Below, in pieces: positions 9,760 through 19,544 of a DNA stretch of 64,000 nt. Position 1 is the stretch's first letter; each line of letters begins with the position of its first letter. Source of the stretch: Nitrospinaceae bacterium (GTDB taxonomy: Bacteria; Nitrospinota; Nitrospinia; Nitrospinales; VA-1); contig JBHHVU010000009.1 of the NCBI GenBank assembly GCA_046754465.1, positions 17,735 to 81,734 of the forward strand. Reading direction: 5' to 3'. Made by a program: the position numbers and the translations under genes. Under the pieces are notes generated by a model, which searched no databases, had not been told where the DNA came from, and worked only from the letters and a program-made list of their open reading frames with translations.

Positions 9760-10958
9760 CAGCGGTCCACTTCCCCCATGACAATGTCGATACTGCCGAT
9801 GACGGCCACCACATCGGCGATAAACGCTCCTTCCATCATTTTGCACATGCCGGGGATAACCAGGAAAGACGGCGCCCGCAACTTGACGCGGTAGGGAATG
9901 TTGCTGCCGTCGCTGACGATATAAAACCCAACTTCGCCCCGGGGCCCTTCCACAGGAACATACGTTTCCCCCCGGGGCACGCTGACCCCCTCGGAAACCA
10001 GCTTAAAATGATGGATCAGGGCTTCCATGCTGGTATGGAGGGTATCCCGGTCTGGCAGGGAGACTTTGTTGTCGGGCGCTTTGTAAGGTCCGTCGGGCAG
10101 ATGGTTGAGGGCCTGGGCGATGATTTTGCGGCTTTGCCGCATTTCCTCCACCCGCATCAGATAGCGGTCATAGACATCGCCGTTTTTCCCCACCGGGACC
10201 TCGAAATCAAAATTTTCATATCCGCTGTAGGGGCGTTTTTTGCGAAAATCGAAATCCACCCCCGAGGCGCGCAGGGCGGGTCCGCTCAAGCTCCACTGGA
10301 GGGCCTCTTCGCGGCTGAACGTTCCCACCCCCTCGGTCCGGTCCAGCCAGATGGGGTTTCGGGTCAGGAGACGTTCGTATTCGTCGATTTTCGCGGGAAA
10401 GTAATCGATGAACTTGCGGACCTTATCCAGCCATTCCGGGGTGGCGTCCTTCATGACCCCGCCCACCCTGATGTAACTGGTCATCATGCGGACCCCGGAG
10501 ATTTCTTCATTAAGATCGAGGATCATTTCACGTTCGCGCCAACAGTACAGGAACACCGTCATCGCCCCTATATCCATGGCATGAGTGGCCAGCCAGACGA
10601 GGTGGCTGCCGATTCGGGTCAGTTCGCATATGATCACGCGTAAATACTGAGCCCGGAGCGGGATGTCACACTGAAGAAGTTTTTCGGTGGTCAGGCAAAA
10701 GGCCAGGTTGTTGCCGAGCGGATTGAGGTAATCGAGCCGGTCGGTCATGGGGATGACATGAACGTAACGCTTGCTTTCCGCGGTTTTCTCGATTCCGGTA
10801 TGGAGGTATCCGATTTCCGGATCGGCCGATTTCACGATCTCCCCGTCCATTTCCAGGATGACGCGGAAAACCCCGTGGGTGCTGGGGTGCGATGGTCCCA
10901 TATTGAGGGTCATCGTGTCTTTTTCGCGTTCCAGCAGACCTTGTTCGGTGACACTCAT
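9759..10958 (-). CDS. nuoD: NADH-quinone oxidoreductase subunit D
   Basis: NMGPSHPSTHGVFR, GYLHTGIEK, C-terminal DIVMGEVDR. Confidence 0.97.
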   Translation of the reverse strand: MSVTEQGLLEREKDTMTLNMGPSHPSTHGVFRVILEMDGEIVKSADPEIGYLHTGIEKTAESKRYVHVIPMTDRLDYLNPLGNNLAFCLTTEKLLQCDIPLRAQYLRVIICELTRIGSHLVWLATHAMDIGAMTVFLYCWREREMILDLNEEISGVRMMTSYIRVGGVMKDATPEWLDKVRKFIDYFPAKIDEYERLLTRNPIWLDRTEGVGTFSREEALQWSLSGPALRASGVDFDFRKKRPYSGYENFDFEVPVGKNGDVYDRYLMRVEEMRQSRKIIAQALNHLPDGPYKAPDNKVSLPDRDTLHTSMEALIHHFKLVSEGVSVPRGETYVPVEGPRGEVGFYIVSDGSNIPYRVKLRAPSFLVIPGMCKMMEGAFIADVVAVIGSIDIVMGEVDR

Positions 10959-10967
10959 GATGGCAGT

Positions 10968-11498
10968 TTACTTGTTGGCAGGTTTGGTTTTTACCAGTTC
11001 GCTTTTGTAATCACGATTGTGGGAAAAGGCCACGGTTTCGGTGGTGAGGGGATAATCCCTCCTCAAGGGATGCCCTTCAAATTCCTCGGGCATGATCAGG
11101 CGCTGGAGTTTGGGATGGCCGGTCACCTGAAACCCAAACATATCGAAAAGCTCCCGCTCGGGAAACAGGGCGCCTTTCCACAAATCCGATACCGTCGGGA
11201 CGGTGGGATCTTCCTCCTCCAAACCCACCCGGATGCGGATGGAATGGTTGTGCTCGAAGGAATGAAGTTGATACACCGACTCGAAACGGGGTTCCCGGTC
11301 CTGATCCAGGTAATCCACTCCGGTGATGTCCGAAAGGTATTCGAACTTCAAGCCGGGGTCATCCTTCAAAAACCCCGCAACTTTGTGGAGGGAATCCGGC
11401 GAAACAAATATCACTGCATCACCGTGGGTGACTTCGGCTTTCTGAATTTCCTCTCCCAAGGCGAATCGAACATGCTCCACGACCTCTTGACTGGTCAT
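10968..11498 (-). CDS. nuoC: NADH-quinone oxidoreductase subunit C
   Basis: ERELFDMFG and [10 protein letters not shown]; start reset to ATG 11498 (ATGA overlap with nuoB stop). Confidence 0.95.
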   Translation of the reverse strand: MTSQEVVEHVRFALGEEIQKAEVTHGDAVIFVSPDSLHKVAGFLKDDPGLKFEYLSDITGVDYLDQDREPRFESVYQLHSFEHNHSIRIRVGLEEEDPTVPTVSDLWKGALFPERELFDMFGFQVTGHPKLQRLIMPEEFEGHPLRRDYPLTTETVAFSHNRDYKSELVKTKPANK

Positions 11499-12079
11499 GC
11501 CACCCTCTTTTTGGCCCGATCGGTCCCCGCTTCCCGCATAATTTTTTCCTGAAGCTTGATGATTCCGTAAAGCAGCGCTTCGGGACCGGGGGGACAACCG
11601 GGAACATAAACATCGACGGGGACCACCCGGTCCACCCCCTGTACGATGGCATAATTGTTGAAAATGCCTCCGCAGGAAGCGCAGGCTCCCATGGAGATCA
11701 CCCACTTGGGTTCGGGCATCTGATCGTAAATCTGCTTGAGAACCGGGGCCATTTTTTGCGACACGCGTCCGGAAACGATCATCAAATCCGCCTGGCGGGG
11801 CGAGGCTCGAAACACTTCCGCCCCGAAACGCGCCGCGTCCCAACGCGAATTGGCCATGGCCATCATCTCGATGGCGCAACAGGCCAAACCGAAGGTGGCG
11901 GGCCACAGGGCGTTCTTTTGCGCCCAACCGACCACTTTGCCCAACTTCGTGGTCAGAATGCTGTCATAAACGGCGCCGGAAAACTCATATTCCAGAGCTT
12001 CCACGGTATCCTTGACGTTCAACTTTATATTGTTGATTTCGGTCTCAAAAGCATCGACCGCGCTATCGATCAATCCCAT
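11495..12079 (-). CDS. nuoB: NADH-quinone oxidoreductase subunit B
   Basis: [24 protein letters not shown]; start at ATG 12079 after GGAGG. Confidence 0.96.
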   Translation of the reverse strand: MGLIDSAVDAFETEINNIKLNVKDTVEALEYEFSGAVYDSILTTKLGKVVGWAQKNALWPATFGLACCAIEMMAMANSRWDAARFGAEVFRASPRQADLMIVSGRVSQKMAPVLKQIYDQMPEPKWVISMGACASCGGIFNNYAIVQGVDRVVPVDVYVPGCPPGPEALLYGIIKLQEKIMREAGTDRAKKRVA

Positions 12080-12423
12080 TCCAAACCTCCCCGCCCCCAA
12101 ATGTAGGCGTAAGCGATCCCCAAAATACATACGAAAACAACCATTTCGATAAAACCGAACATTTTGAGCTGATCCAGCGCCACGGCCCAGGGATACATGA
12201 AAACCACTTCAATATCGAAGATGATAAACAACATGGCGATGGTCGCGAAACGGACCGGATACCTGCCCTTGGCTTCTTCCCGGGGAATGATCCCACACTC
12301 ATAAGGGATTAATTTCTGCGGCGTTGGGTTCCTCGGCCCCAATATAGTGGACAATACCAGAAGGCCTCCAATAACAACCAAGGCGACGACGGCAAATAAG
12401 GATATAAAAAAATAATCAGCCAT
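12070..12423 (-). CDS. nuoA: NADH-quinone oxidoreductase subunit A
   Basis: [26 protein letters not shown]; start at ATG 12423. Confidence 0.96.
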   Translation of the reverse strand: MADYFFISLFAVVALVVIGGLLVLSTILGPRNPTPQKLIPYECGIIPREEAKGRYPVRFATIAMLFIIFDIEVVFMYPWAVALDQLKMFGFIEMVVFVCILGIAYAYIWGRGGLEWD

Positions 12424-12605
12424 GAGGGTTTCCCGGAGAGATACCTTCCACCACTGCAACGGAAAAGTATTCGAATTCACCCACTTTCACCGTTGGCGAG
12501 TATGGCTCTCCCTTCCCTTAAAACCAAGGATGAATACCGTTTTCAAACCGTTTTTATGTTAGCACCAATGCCTTCAAAACAGGACAGAAACCAATTGGAT
12601 TGGCG

Positions 12606-12633
12606 ATTATATCAGCCTTCTAACCCCTGTCAA
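12606..12633 (-). promoter_or_regulatory. sigma70 promoter of the nuo operon
   Basis: Minus strand reads TTGACA-N16-TATAAT with perfect hexamers, about 180 nt upstream of nuoA. Confidence 0.8.
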
Positions 12634-12936
12634 TGATTGATTTGGAAGCCGTCGGGCCATTTGGCCCACCCTGTGGGACCCATTGAATACTGTTTGAATT
12701 CAAGAGGTTTTCCTTCTGATAAATTCATATCGGAAAAATCCCGGGCTTCGCGGCAGGACAAAAGGTAAATTCCCGGGTTCGGTAGGGATAACTCAAAAAA
12801 CAGGGATGGAAACAGGGGGGAGGTGCTGAAATGGCAAGTTTATCAAACCCGGCTGCGTGCCGAAAGAAGGGGTGAGGTCTGCCCAAATCCTACCCATAGG
12901 CCCCGCGCTAACCGGCACAAAAGCCGTGGCCTTAAA

Positions 12937-14274
12937 TCATTCCCGGTACTCGATGTGCAGCCGGTAAATCAATCCGGTGCGGTTGTCTTCCGGGGTTTCG
13001 GCATCGGGTTTGGCGAAACAGATGAGTTCAAGGTACAGAAAATTCTCGCCCCCCTTGATGAACTTATCGATATCTATGATAAAAGGATCGGGATAATCCG
13101 CCCCCCCGTATTCCTGCTTCAGGCCCACATCGTTCACCGTGAGGTGGCAGGTATCGTCGGACCGCAGGTATAGATCGGCCCGCACGATCGATTGGACCTT
13201 CTCCACGGGCACATTGAATGCCAAGCGAAACTTGTTCTGACTCCCGGTTTTCGCTTCCTCCAGGGTGGGGGATTCCCGGATCCATACCCACTGGCTGCCC
13301 TTGATCGACCGCCAAACCGGGTCCATTTCACAAATCGTGGCCGGCCGCCAGGTATCGGCCCCAATATCGTAATACTCGGTATCCCGTCCGCTGGTGAACA
13401 CCAGGGTCCGGGTGGTGGTGGCCAGGGGGTCCGTCTTGATGAGGTCGACGCGCCGGCTACCCTCCCACATGAGATTGTTCATTTCCTGCCAGTAATCGTA
13501 CATGCCGTTCTTTTTCCGGATCACCATCATGCTCGGCCTGGGGGTGGTGCGCCCCAGGTAAGGCCCGATGTCGGCGATGATCATCCCACCCGGATGGTCG
13601 CCATCCACCGAAATGAAGGAATGCGAGGGAATGGTGTCATACGTGTGAACGATGAGGGTTCCCTTGGAAGGATGTCCCGGTTCGTTTTCGATTTCATATT
13701 GAACCTTCTGCAGGAGAAGCAGGGAGGTTTTGATTTCATTCAGGAATGTGGACTTGCCGCCGCCCTGCTTGGTGATGAGTTCCACCACGGGAGAATTCGG
13801 GTCCATCAGCAACAGCCGGACGTCGATTCCCTGCAGTACTTTTTCCTTAAGGAGTTCCCGGGAAGAGGTGGAGATGGAAAGCAGCGACGACCCGCCAATG
13901 AAGATCTCCTTCTTGACCTTCTTGAACAGACTTTCAAACGAGGTCGCTTGGGCTAGTTCGGACCGGTTCTTGTAAATGCCCTGGATTCCCAGCCGAATCC
14001 CGTCGGGGTCGATGATTTCCCTGAGCGCCTGTTTGTATTCCCGGAAAGTGAGTTCCCGCAAAAACACTTCGTACCCGAAAGACACGATGCCGATCAGGGA
14101 AACCAACAGGGAAAACTCCCGGACGGGATGCAGCCAGACGCTGTCAGGAGCAAAAATTATCCCGGCGGTCACGTAGGCCGACCCGCCGGCCAGGAAAATC
14201 AGCAGGGCCAGAAATATAATCCGGTCCCGAACCCATTCCCGGATATTGGGTCCGCTTTTTGAGGTTTTGGCCAT
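12937..14274 (-). CDS. Hypothetical protein: 2 TM + degenerate PLD/DUF5919-like domain + C-terminal beta-sandwich (carbohydrate-binding-like)
   Basis: Two N-terminal hydrophobic helices; KEIFIGGSSL...VRLLLMDPNS pattern; C-terminal WVW...ADLYLRSDDTCHLTVND. Start taken at ATG 14274. Confidence 0.6.
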   Translation of the reverse strand: MAKTSKSGPNIREWVRDRIIFLALLIFLAGGSAYVTAGIIFAPDSVWLHPVREFSLLVSLIGIVSFGYEVFLRELTFREYKQALREIIDPDGIRLGIQGIYKNRSELAQATSFESLFKKVKKEIFIGGSSLLSISTSSRELLKEKVLQGIDVRLLLMDPNSPVVELITKQGGGKSTFLNEIKTSLLLLQKVQYEIENEPGHPSKGTLIVHTYDTIPSHSFISVDGDHPGGMIIADIGPYLGRTTPRPSMMVIRKKNGMYDYWQEMNNLMWEGSRRVDLIKTDPLATTTRTLVFTSGRDTEYYDIGADTWRPATICEMDPVWRSIKGSQWVWIRESPTLEEAKTGSQNKFRLAFNVPVEKVQSIVRADLYLRSDDTCHLTVNDVGLKQEYGGADYPDPFIIDIDKFIKGGENFLYLELICFAKPDAETPEDNRTGLIYRLHIEYRE

Positions 14275-14416
14275 GGTTCCCGATAGGTGGAAAAGACAAA
14301 TTCGCCCGTTTGGATGCAACTTTTATCGCGGCAAAATAATGGTGTGATCTTACCCGAAAACCCGATCTTTCACAATGATCATTCCTCTGAATGCGGACCG
14401 GGGCCTGGCCGCGGGT

Positions 14417-16717
14417 TCAACTCAGGCCAGACTTTCTTCGAGTCCACCAATCCACAAACAAAAAACCGACGATCAATCCGTAAGTCCACCAATTGTCCCA
14501 GAGAGAAAGGGATTTGCTTTTGGTTTTGACAAAAATTTTGGGATTATTGAACTGGTATTGGCTGAGGTCGACGGGACCTTCCAGCACGGCATGAATTCCC
14601 CCTGTGACTTTTGCCAGGGTTTTCATCAAGGTTTCGTTGACGAGGGGATGTTCAAATTCCGCCGTCTCGCTGAACACTCCAAACACGGCCTCCGCCGCCA
14701 GTTTCCCCCCCTGGCGGTCCGCTTCGGCCCGGACCGAATAAAATCCCTCTCCCTCAGGAAGGAACTGAAGGCCCCCATCCCCGTTTTCGTCGCTTTGGAG
14801 GGGATGGCTCTCGGGTTTTCCCAGGAGAGGACGCACGATCACCCTCACCTTTTCGCCCGGCGAAGGATGGTAATCTTCATTGAGGATCTTGAATTTGATG
14901 AGGACTTCTTCTCCTTCCCGGTAGCGTTCCTTGTCGGTTTCGAGCTGCAGGAGGTTGGTGTCCGGGTCCTTGGTGAGCCAGGCGATCAGGTTATTCCAGA
15001 ATTTCTGGTAATATCTTCCGCTCCCGCCTTCGCCGACTTTGTGAAAGTTCCAGCCCCAGGAGGAATCGGTCGCGAGAACCACGCTCCGCCCCTTGCCGCT
15101 CCTTCCCGCAACCAGCACGGGATGGGAGCCCTGGCCGTCTTTTTTCCGAGTAGTGCTCAGCAGAACGTGGGCTCCAGGCCGGGCCACCAGACCGAGGTTG
15201 ATTCCGTCCAGGGGCGGCAGGGATTTCCAGATTTTCAGGTTCACCGCCTCGTCCTTTTCCAGCCGCTGAATGGGGTGCAGCACCAGTTTCCTGTTCGGTT
15301 CGGGCCGGAATTCCTCATTCACATAGGGCCGGCTCCTCCTTTGGAGGCTTACCGGTAAAATATCCTCGATGGGGGTGCGTTCATATCCCCCGCCCTGGAA
15401 AGAGAGTTCCCCGCCGATCATCAAAAAGGCGCCCCCCTTTCGGACATAGCTTTTCAGGTTGGTCAGCAGCTTTTTGCCGATGAAGGGTTTAAACCGGAAA
15501 TTCTGAAAAATGACCAGATCGAATGAACTGAGATAATCCCGGAAAAGGAGGTTGGAGGGAAAAGGAATGAGGCTCAGTTCGGACGTGGGCGCCGCGACAT
15601 CGTCTCCGAGGGTCCTCAGGATAAAGAACGACAAGAGATCGACTTTGGGGTTGTTGACCAAAACCTCCCTCAGGAACCGGGAATCCCACGAGGGGCGCCC
15701 ATTGAGGTGCAAAACACGAATGCGGTCGCGGATGATTTTTATCTGAAAATCCCTTCGGTTGTTGCCGGCGATGGATTCCCCGGCGAAGAGGGGAACGGAA
15801 AGCGTATAGATGAGTTTCCCGGTTTTGTTGGGGACGAATTGCATATTCACCTGATACCGAGGCCGGTCTTTCCGCACCTCGACGATTTTGGAAACCAGGA
15901 TATTGTTCCCCTCCTTGAGCACGATGGGGACATTCTTGTTCCCCAGGGAAGACGCGTACACGGTGATGGAAAGCTGGATCGGCTGATGCACGAATCCGAA
16001 ATCGGCCACATCCAGGCTTTCAATGGCCAAGTCCTTGAAGGATTCATTGGTGCCCGCCTGAAAGGTATGGACCGGTCCCTGGAACCCGGCGAGGGTCTCC
16101 ACCAGGGAAATTGGTATTTCATCCGGCCCCCGGGTGAGGTCGGCTCCATCGGAAAAAAGCAGAATGCCCTGCAGCGGTTTTTCCTCATAGCGTTTCTTCA
16201 ATTCCTGAAACACTTTGGTGAAATCGGTATTCACCTGGCTGGCCCGGTACTGGGGGGACCACTCGGTGCTGGGAACGGATTCCAGGTGGTCGGACACAAA
16301 ATAATAGTCCACGTTGAAATCCTTTTTGAGCGATTCCAGGTAGTCCCGGTTGGCTTCCACGTTTTTCCGGACCAGGCCGATTCTTTCCGTTTCGGCGGGA
16401 AAGGTTTTGATGGACATGCTCTTGCTGTCATCAAGCAGCACGGCGAGGGAGTTTTTCACCGGATGACTTTTTTTAAATTCGAGCTCGGGTTTCAGCAACA
16501 GGAGCATCAGAAGCACAAAGGTCACGGCCCGCAATCCGAAAAGGAAAACTTTTTTCCATCGTTGCCGGATTCGGGTCAAACTGGTCCAGCAAAACCACAG
16601 GGCAGCCAGGGTCAAGAGACACCACGCCGCCAGGATGATGCCGGCGTCGTCCGGCGCCCAGTGGATGTCCCATTCGTTATAATCGGATAATCCAAAAAAT
16701 TCGGTGAGGGGATTCAC
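14417..16717 (-). CDS. Membrane protein with vWA-like and glutamine-amidotransferase-like (DUF1355-type) domains
   Basis: 2 N-terminal TM, MIDAS DDSKS...FSDG, YVRKGGAFLMIGG, C-terminal TM ending in WWTRRKSGL. Confidence 0.75.
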   Translation of the reverse strand: MNPLTEFFGLSDYNEWDIHWAPDDAGIILAAWCLLTLAALWFCWTSLTRIRQRWKKVFLFGLRAVTFVLLMLLLLKPELEFKKSHPVKNSLAVLLDDSKSMSIKTFPAETERIGLVRKNVEANRDYLESLKKDFNVDYYFVSDHLESVPSTEWSPQYRASQVNTDFTKVFQELKKRYEEKPLQGILLFSDGADLTRGPDEIPISLVETLAGFQGPVHTFQAGTNESFKDLAIESLDVADFGFVHQPIQLSITVYASSLGNKNVPIVLKEGNNILVSKIVEVRKDRPRYQVNMQFVPNKTGKLIYTLSVPLFAGESIAGNNRRDFQIKIIRDRIRVLHLNGRPSWDSRFLREVLVNNPKVDLLSFFILRTLGDDVAAPTSELSLIPFPSNLLFRDYLSSFDLVIFQNFRFKPFIGKKLLTNLKSYVRKGGAFLMIGGELSFQGGGYERTPIEDILPVSLQRRSRPYVNEEFRPEPNRKLVLHPIQRLEKDEAVNLKIWKSLPPLDGINLGLVARPGAHVLLSTTRKKDGQGSHPVLVAGRSGKGRSVVLATDSSWGWNFHKVGEGGSGRYYQKFWNNLIAWLTKDPDTNLLQLETDKERYREGEEVLIKFKILNEDYHPSPGEKVRVIVRPLLGKPESHPLQSDENGDGGLQFLPEGEGFYSVRAEADRQGGKLAAEAVFGVFSETAEFEHPLVNETLMKTLAKVTGGIHAVLEGPVDLSQYQFNNPKIFVKTKSKSLSLWDNWWTYGLIVGFLFVDWWTRRKSGLS

Positions 16718-17478
16718 TTGGAATAGTATCTTCGCAGCCGTTCGAGAATAATGGGCAGATGCACCATATCTTTTTTATAGTCGAGGGTGAGGGAATACAT
16801 GACGATGTTCACCGCCAGCCGAATGCTCCACTGCCGTTGCCTAGGCCCGCCCGCGATGATGTCATAGTTCCAGTAACCCAGCTTGTTCCGCGCCAGGGCC
16901 CCCCCCATGTCGTTGGTGGAATAAACAAGAACGGTGCGTCCCTTAACGGAAATTCCTTCAAGAAAGGGATTCAGAATCACCCGTCCCGCCGCCCGGTCGA
17001 TCAGGTAAAACGAGCGGTAAATCGAATGGTCCCGGGGAACCTTTTGCAGGGGAATCTTCGGGAACAGACGGGAAATCATTTTGCGGACCGAAGCGTCGAA
17101 CTCGGAATGGATCTTCGACGAGCCGTCGTCGATCCACAGGAATCCTCCAAAACTCAAAAAATGCCTCAATATCCTCAGTTCTTGCTCGGAAAAGGGTTCG
17201 AACGCGGCGTTCCCCGCCATGTACAAAAGGGGGTACTGATATAATTTGGGGTCGGTAAGCCGGATTTCAATGGGTTCCCGGTTGACCTCGATGGAGGTTC
17301 TGCGGGCCAGTTGCCCCAGCAGGCTGCGCAAGGCACCGGGACGGGGATTGTGGTTCCCTCCCCGATACTGGATCAGTGGAATCGTCAGGCGTGAATCCGA
17401 CCCCCACACTTCCCGGGGGAACAGGCCCCACCCGCTCCCAATCGTCAAGAATATGATAGCTGAAAGGAATATACGCAT
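16714..17478 (-). CDS. DUF4159-like exported protein
   Basis: Signal-like N-terminus; YPLLYMAG, GGFLWIDD, DHSIYRSFY, NIVMYSLT; GTGA overlap with the next gene. Confidence 0.75.
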   Translation of the reverse strand: MRIFLSAIIFLTIGSGWGLFPREVWGSDSRLTIPLIQYRGGNHNPRPGALRSLLGQLARRTSIEVNREPIEIRLTDPKLYQYPLLYMAGNAAFEPFSEQELRILRHFLSFGGFLWIDDGSSKIHSEFDASVRKMISRLFPKIPLQKVPRDHSIYRSFYLIDRAAGRVILNPFLEGISVKGRTVLVYSTNDMGGALARNKLGYWNYDIIAGGPRQRQWSIRLAVNIVMYSLTLDYKKDMVHLPIILERLRRYYSK

Positions 17479-17667
17479 GATTTGAGTTTAAACAGGATTG
17501 GATGGGTTTTCAATTGGGATAATTCGAGCCGGGGCCGCCGCCGGGGGACTCTTTCCTTTCAGGACTTCCCGGGGAATAAATGTTTTGCCTAACCTCGGTC
17601 GAGTAAGTTAGACTGAAATTGCATTTTTCAATTGCCCCGCGGATGATTTTTTTTTTAAAGACCAATC

Positions 17668-18768
17668 GTGAAACGAACCATTTTACTCAATCCGGGTCCA
17701 GTCAACGTGACCGACAGGGTACGGAACGCTCTGTTGAGAGGGGATCTCTGCCACCGGGAAGAAGAGTTTGCCCAACTGATGGGATCCATCCGTACCAAGC
17801 TGGTCCAGGTGTTCGGTATCGAAGACGAATACACCGCCGTGCTCGTCACCGGTTCCGGAACCGCCGCCCTGGAGATGGCGGTGTCTTCCTGCCTCACCCC
17901 AAAAAAATCCATGCTGATCGTTCAAAACGGTGTGTACGGGGAACGGATCGCTAAAATGGCGGAGGTCTATCATTTCGAAAAACACGTTCTGGATTACCCC
18001 TGGGGAACTCCGCCGAAATTGAGCGATATCGAAAACGCCTTCCGGGAACATCTCGATATCGAAGTGGTGGCGATGGTTCACCATGAAACCACCACGGGGC
18101 TGTTGAATCCGATCGGCCCGGCCGGTGAACTGGCCCGCCGGTACGGGAAAAAATTCCTGGTGGATTGCATCAGTAGCCTCGGGGGGGATGCGGTCGATTT
18201 CGGCGCGGGGTCCATCGATATGGCCGTGGGAACCGCCAACAAATGCATCCAGGGACTTCCCGGTGTCTCGTTTGTTTTGTTTCGTAAGAAGGACCTGTGC
18301 CGGCTGAATAATATTCCGCCCCGATCCTGTTATTTTAACCTGGTGGAACACCACAAGGCCCAGGAATCGGGGAACACTCTGTTCACCCCCGCGGTTCAAT
18401 CCCATTATGCGCTGGAGGCCGCCCTGGAAGAATTGATGGAAGAAACCACCGCGGGGAGGATCCGCCGCTACCATGCCGCCGCCGCCCGGTTCCGGAAGGG
18501 GTTCGCCGATATGGGGCTTGAATGCCTGATCCCGGAAGCCCACCGATCCAACTGCCTCACCGCGCTCCGGCTTCCCGGGGGACTGTCCTATGCCTCGCTG
18601 CATGATGGGCTCAAGGAAAAAGGATTCGTGATCTATGCCGGTCAGGGCAACCTGAACAGCAAAATTTTTCGCATCGCCAATATGGGAAACATTCGCCCGG
18701 GGGAAATCGACCGGTGTCTGCAAGTCCTCAGAGAGTGTTGCGCCGAGAAAATTCAGATGCAAGGATGA
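17668..18768 (+). CDS. Class V PLP aminotransferase, 2-aminoethylphosphonate transaminase (PhnW/AepZ)-like
   Basis: LLNPGP, NGVYGER, HHETTTG, DCISSLGG, PLP lysine in ANKCIQGLPG, GFVIYAGQG, FRIANMG. Confidence 0.8.
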   Translation: MKRTILLNPGPVNVTDRVRNALLRGDLCHREEEFAQLMGSIRTKLVQVFGIEDEYTAVLVTGSGTAALEMAVSSCLTPKKSMLIVQNGVYGERIAKMAEVYHFEKHVLDYPWGTPPKLSDIENAFREHLDIEVVAMVHHETTTGLLNPIGPAGELARRYGKKFLVDCISSLGGDAVDFGAGSIDMAVGTANKCIQGLPGVSFVLFRKKDLCRLNNIPPRSCYFNLVEHHKAQESGNTLFTPAVQSHYALEAALEELMEETTAGRIRRYHAAAARFRKGFADMGLECLIPEAHRSNCLTALRLPGGLSYASLHDGLKEKGFVIYAGQGNLNSKIFRIANMGNIRPGEIDRCLQVLRECCAEKIQMQG

Positions 18769-18772
18769 CCCG

Positions 18773-19447
18773 ATGACCCTTTACGAACTGATGCAGGAAT
18801 ACTCCGGAGAAACCCAGGGGAAAACGGGAACGGCAACCGGAAATCCCGAATGGGGAACCGGTCTCGCCCTGTTTCACGCGAGCCTCGTGGAATCGGGCCT
18901 GGAATACGAGGGCCTTCAGGAAAACCCCCGGTTGACGGCCGTTCCGGGAGAAATCGATTGTTCCCATATCAGCCATTTCATTGTCGCCTTTCTGCCGTTC
19001 AACTCGGTCACGGGAAAGAGCGAAATCAACAACGTGCTGTTCGAGGTATATTCCTTTTTCGATTGGATGGACAAAAAAAATATCCCGCACGGGCTCACCG
19101 GGCTGAACCTCATGAAACTTGTCAGGGATTTGTGCGCCATGCAGGACCGTTGCCTGCAGTTGAGCCATCTCCTGGACAATGAATCGGGCCGGGTGCTGGA
19201 AGACCCGCCGGAGATCGTTCACACCATCACCGATATGTTTTCCGTCCAGAAAATCGAAAACGACATGGTCGTCCTCAAGGGCCGCCGGCAATCGGACCCG
19301 GTCCGCCTTCGTCTGCCGGACCACATCCTTCCCCTGTTGCGGCTGCACGATTGCATGGACCTCGTGCTGGGCGATACGTCCGAAAAATGGGTCCTCCTCG
19401 AAGCGGGCCAGGTGTACCCTGCGTATTCCCTGGAATCTTCGACCTGA
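18773..19447 (+). CDS. Hypothetical protein
   Basis: 224 aa ORF starting 4 nt after the aminotransferase; plausible protein composition. Confidence 0.75.
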   Translation: MTLYELMQEYSGETQGKTGTATGNPEWGTGLALFHASLVESGLEYEGLQENPRLTAVPGEIDCSHISHFIVAFLPFNSVTGKSEINNVLFEVYSFFDWMDKKNIPHGLTGLNLMKLVRDLCAMQDRCLQLSHLLDNESGRVLEDPPEIVHTITDMFSVQKIENDMVVLKGRRQSDPVRLRLPDHILPLLRLHDCMDLVLGDTSEKWVLLEAGQVYPAYSLESST

Positions 19448-19544
19448 CCGCTCCCCAACCCACGGGGTGACAGGTCCGGATGAAGGGCCTGCCCTGGGGC
19501 CAAGCTACCTTTCCGGCGATCTGACAGGCTGATGGGATTATACT

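Noticed and set aside
11499..11927. Apparent N-terminal extension of NuoC (319 aa in the ORF track); similar extensions on NuoE, NuoB and NuoA
   Set aside because: These overlap upstream nuo genes in another frame; internal ATGs with stop/start coupling give normal lengths.
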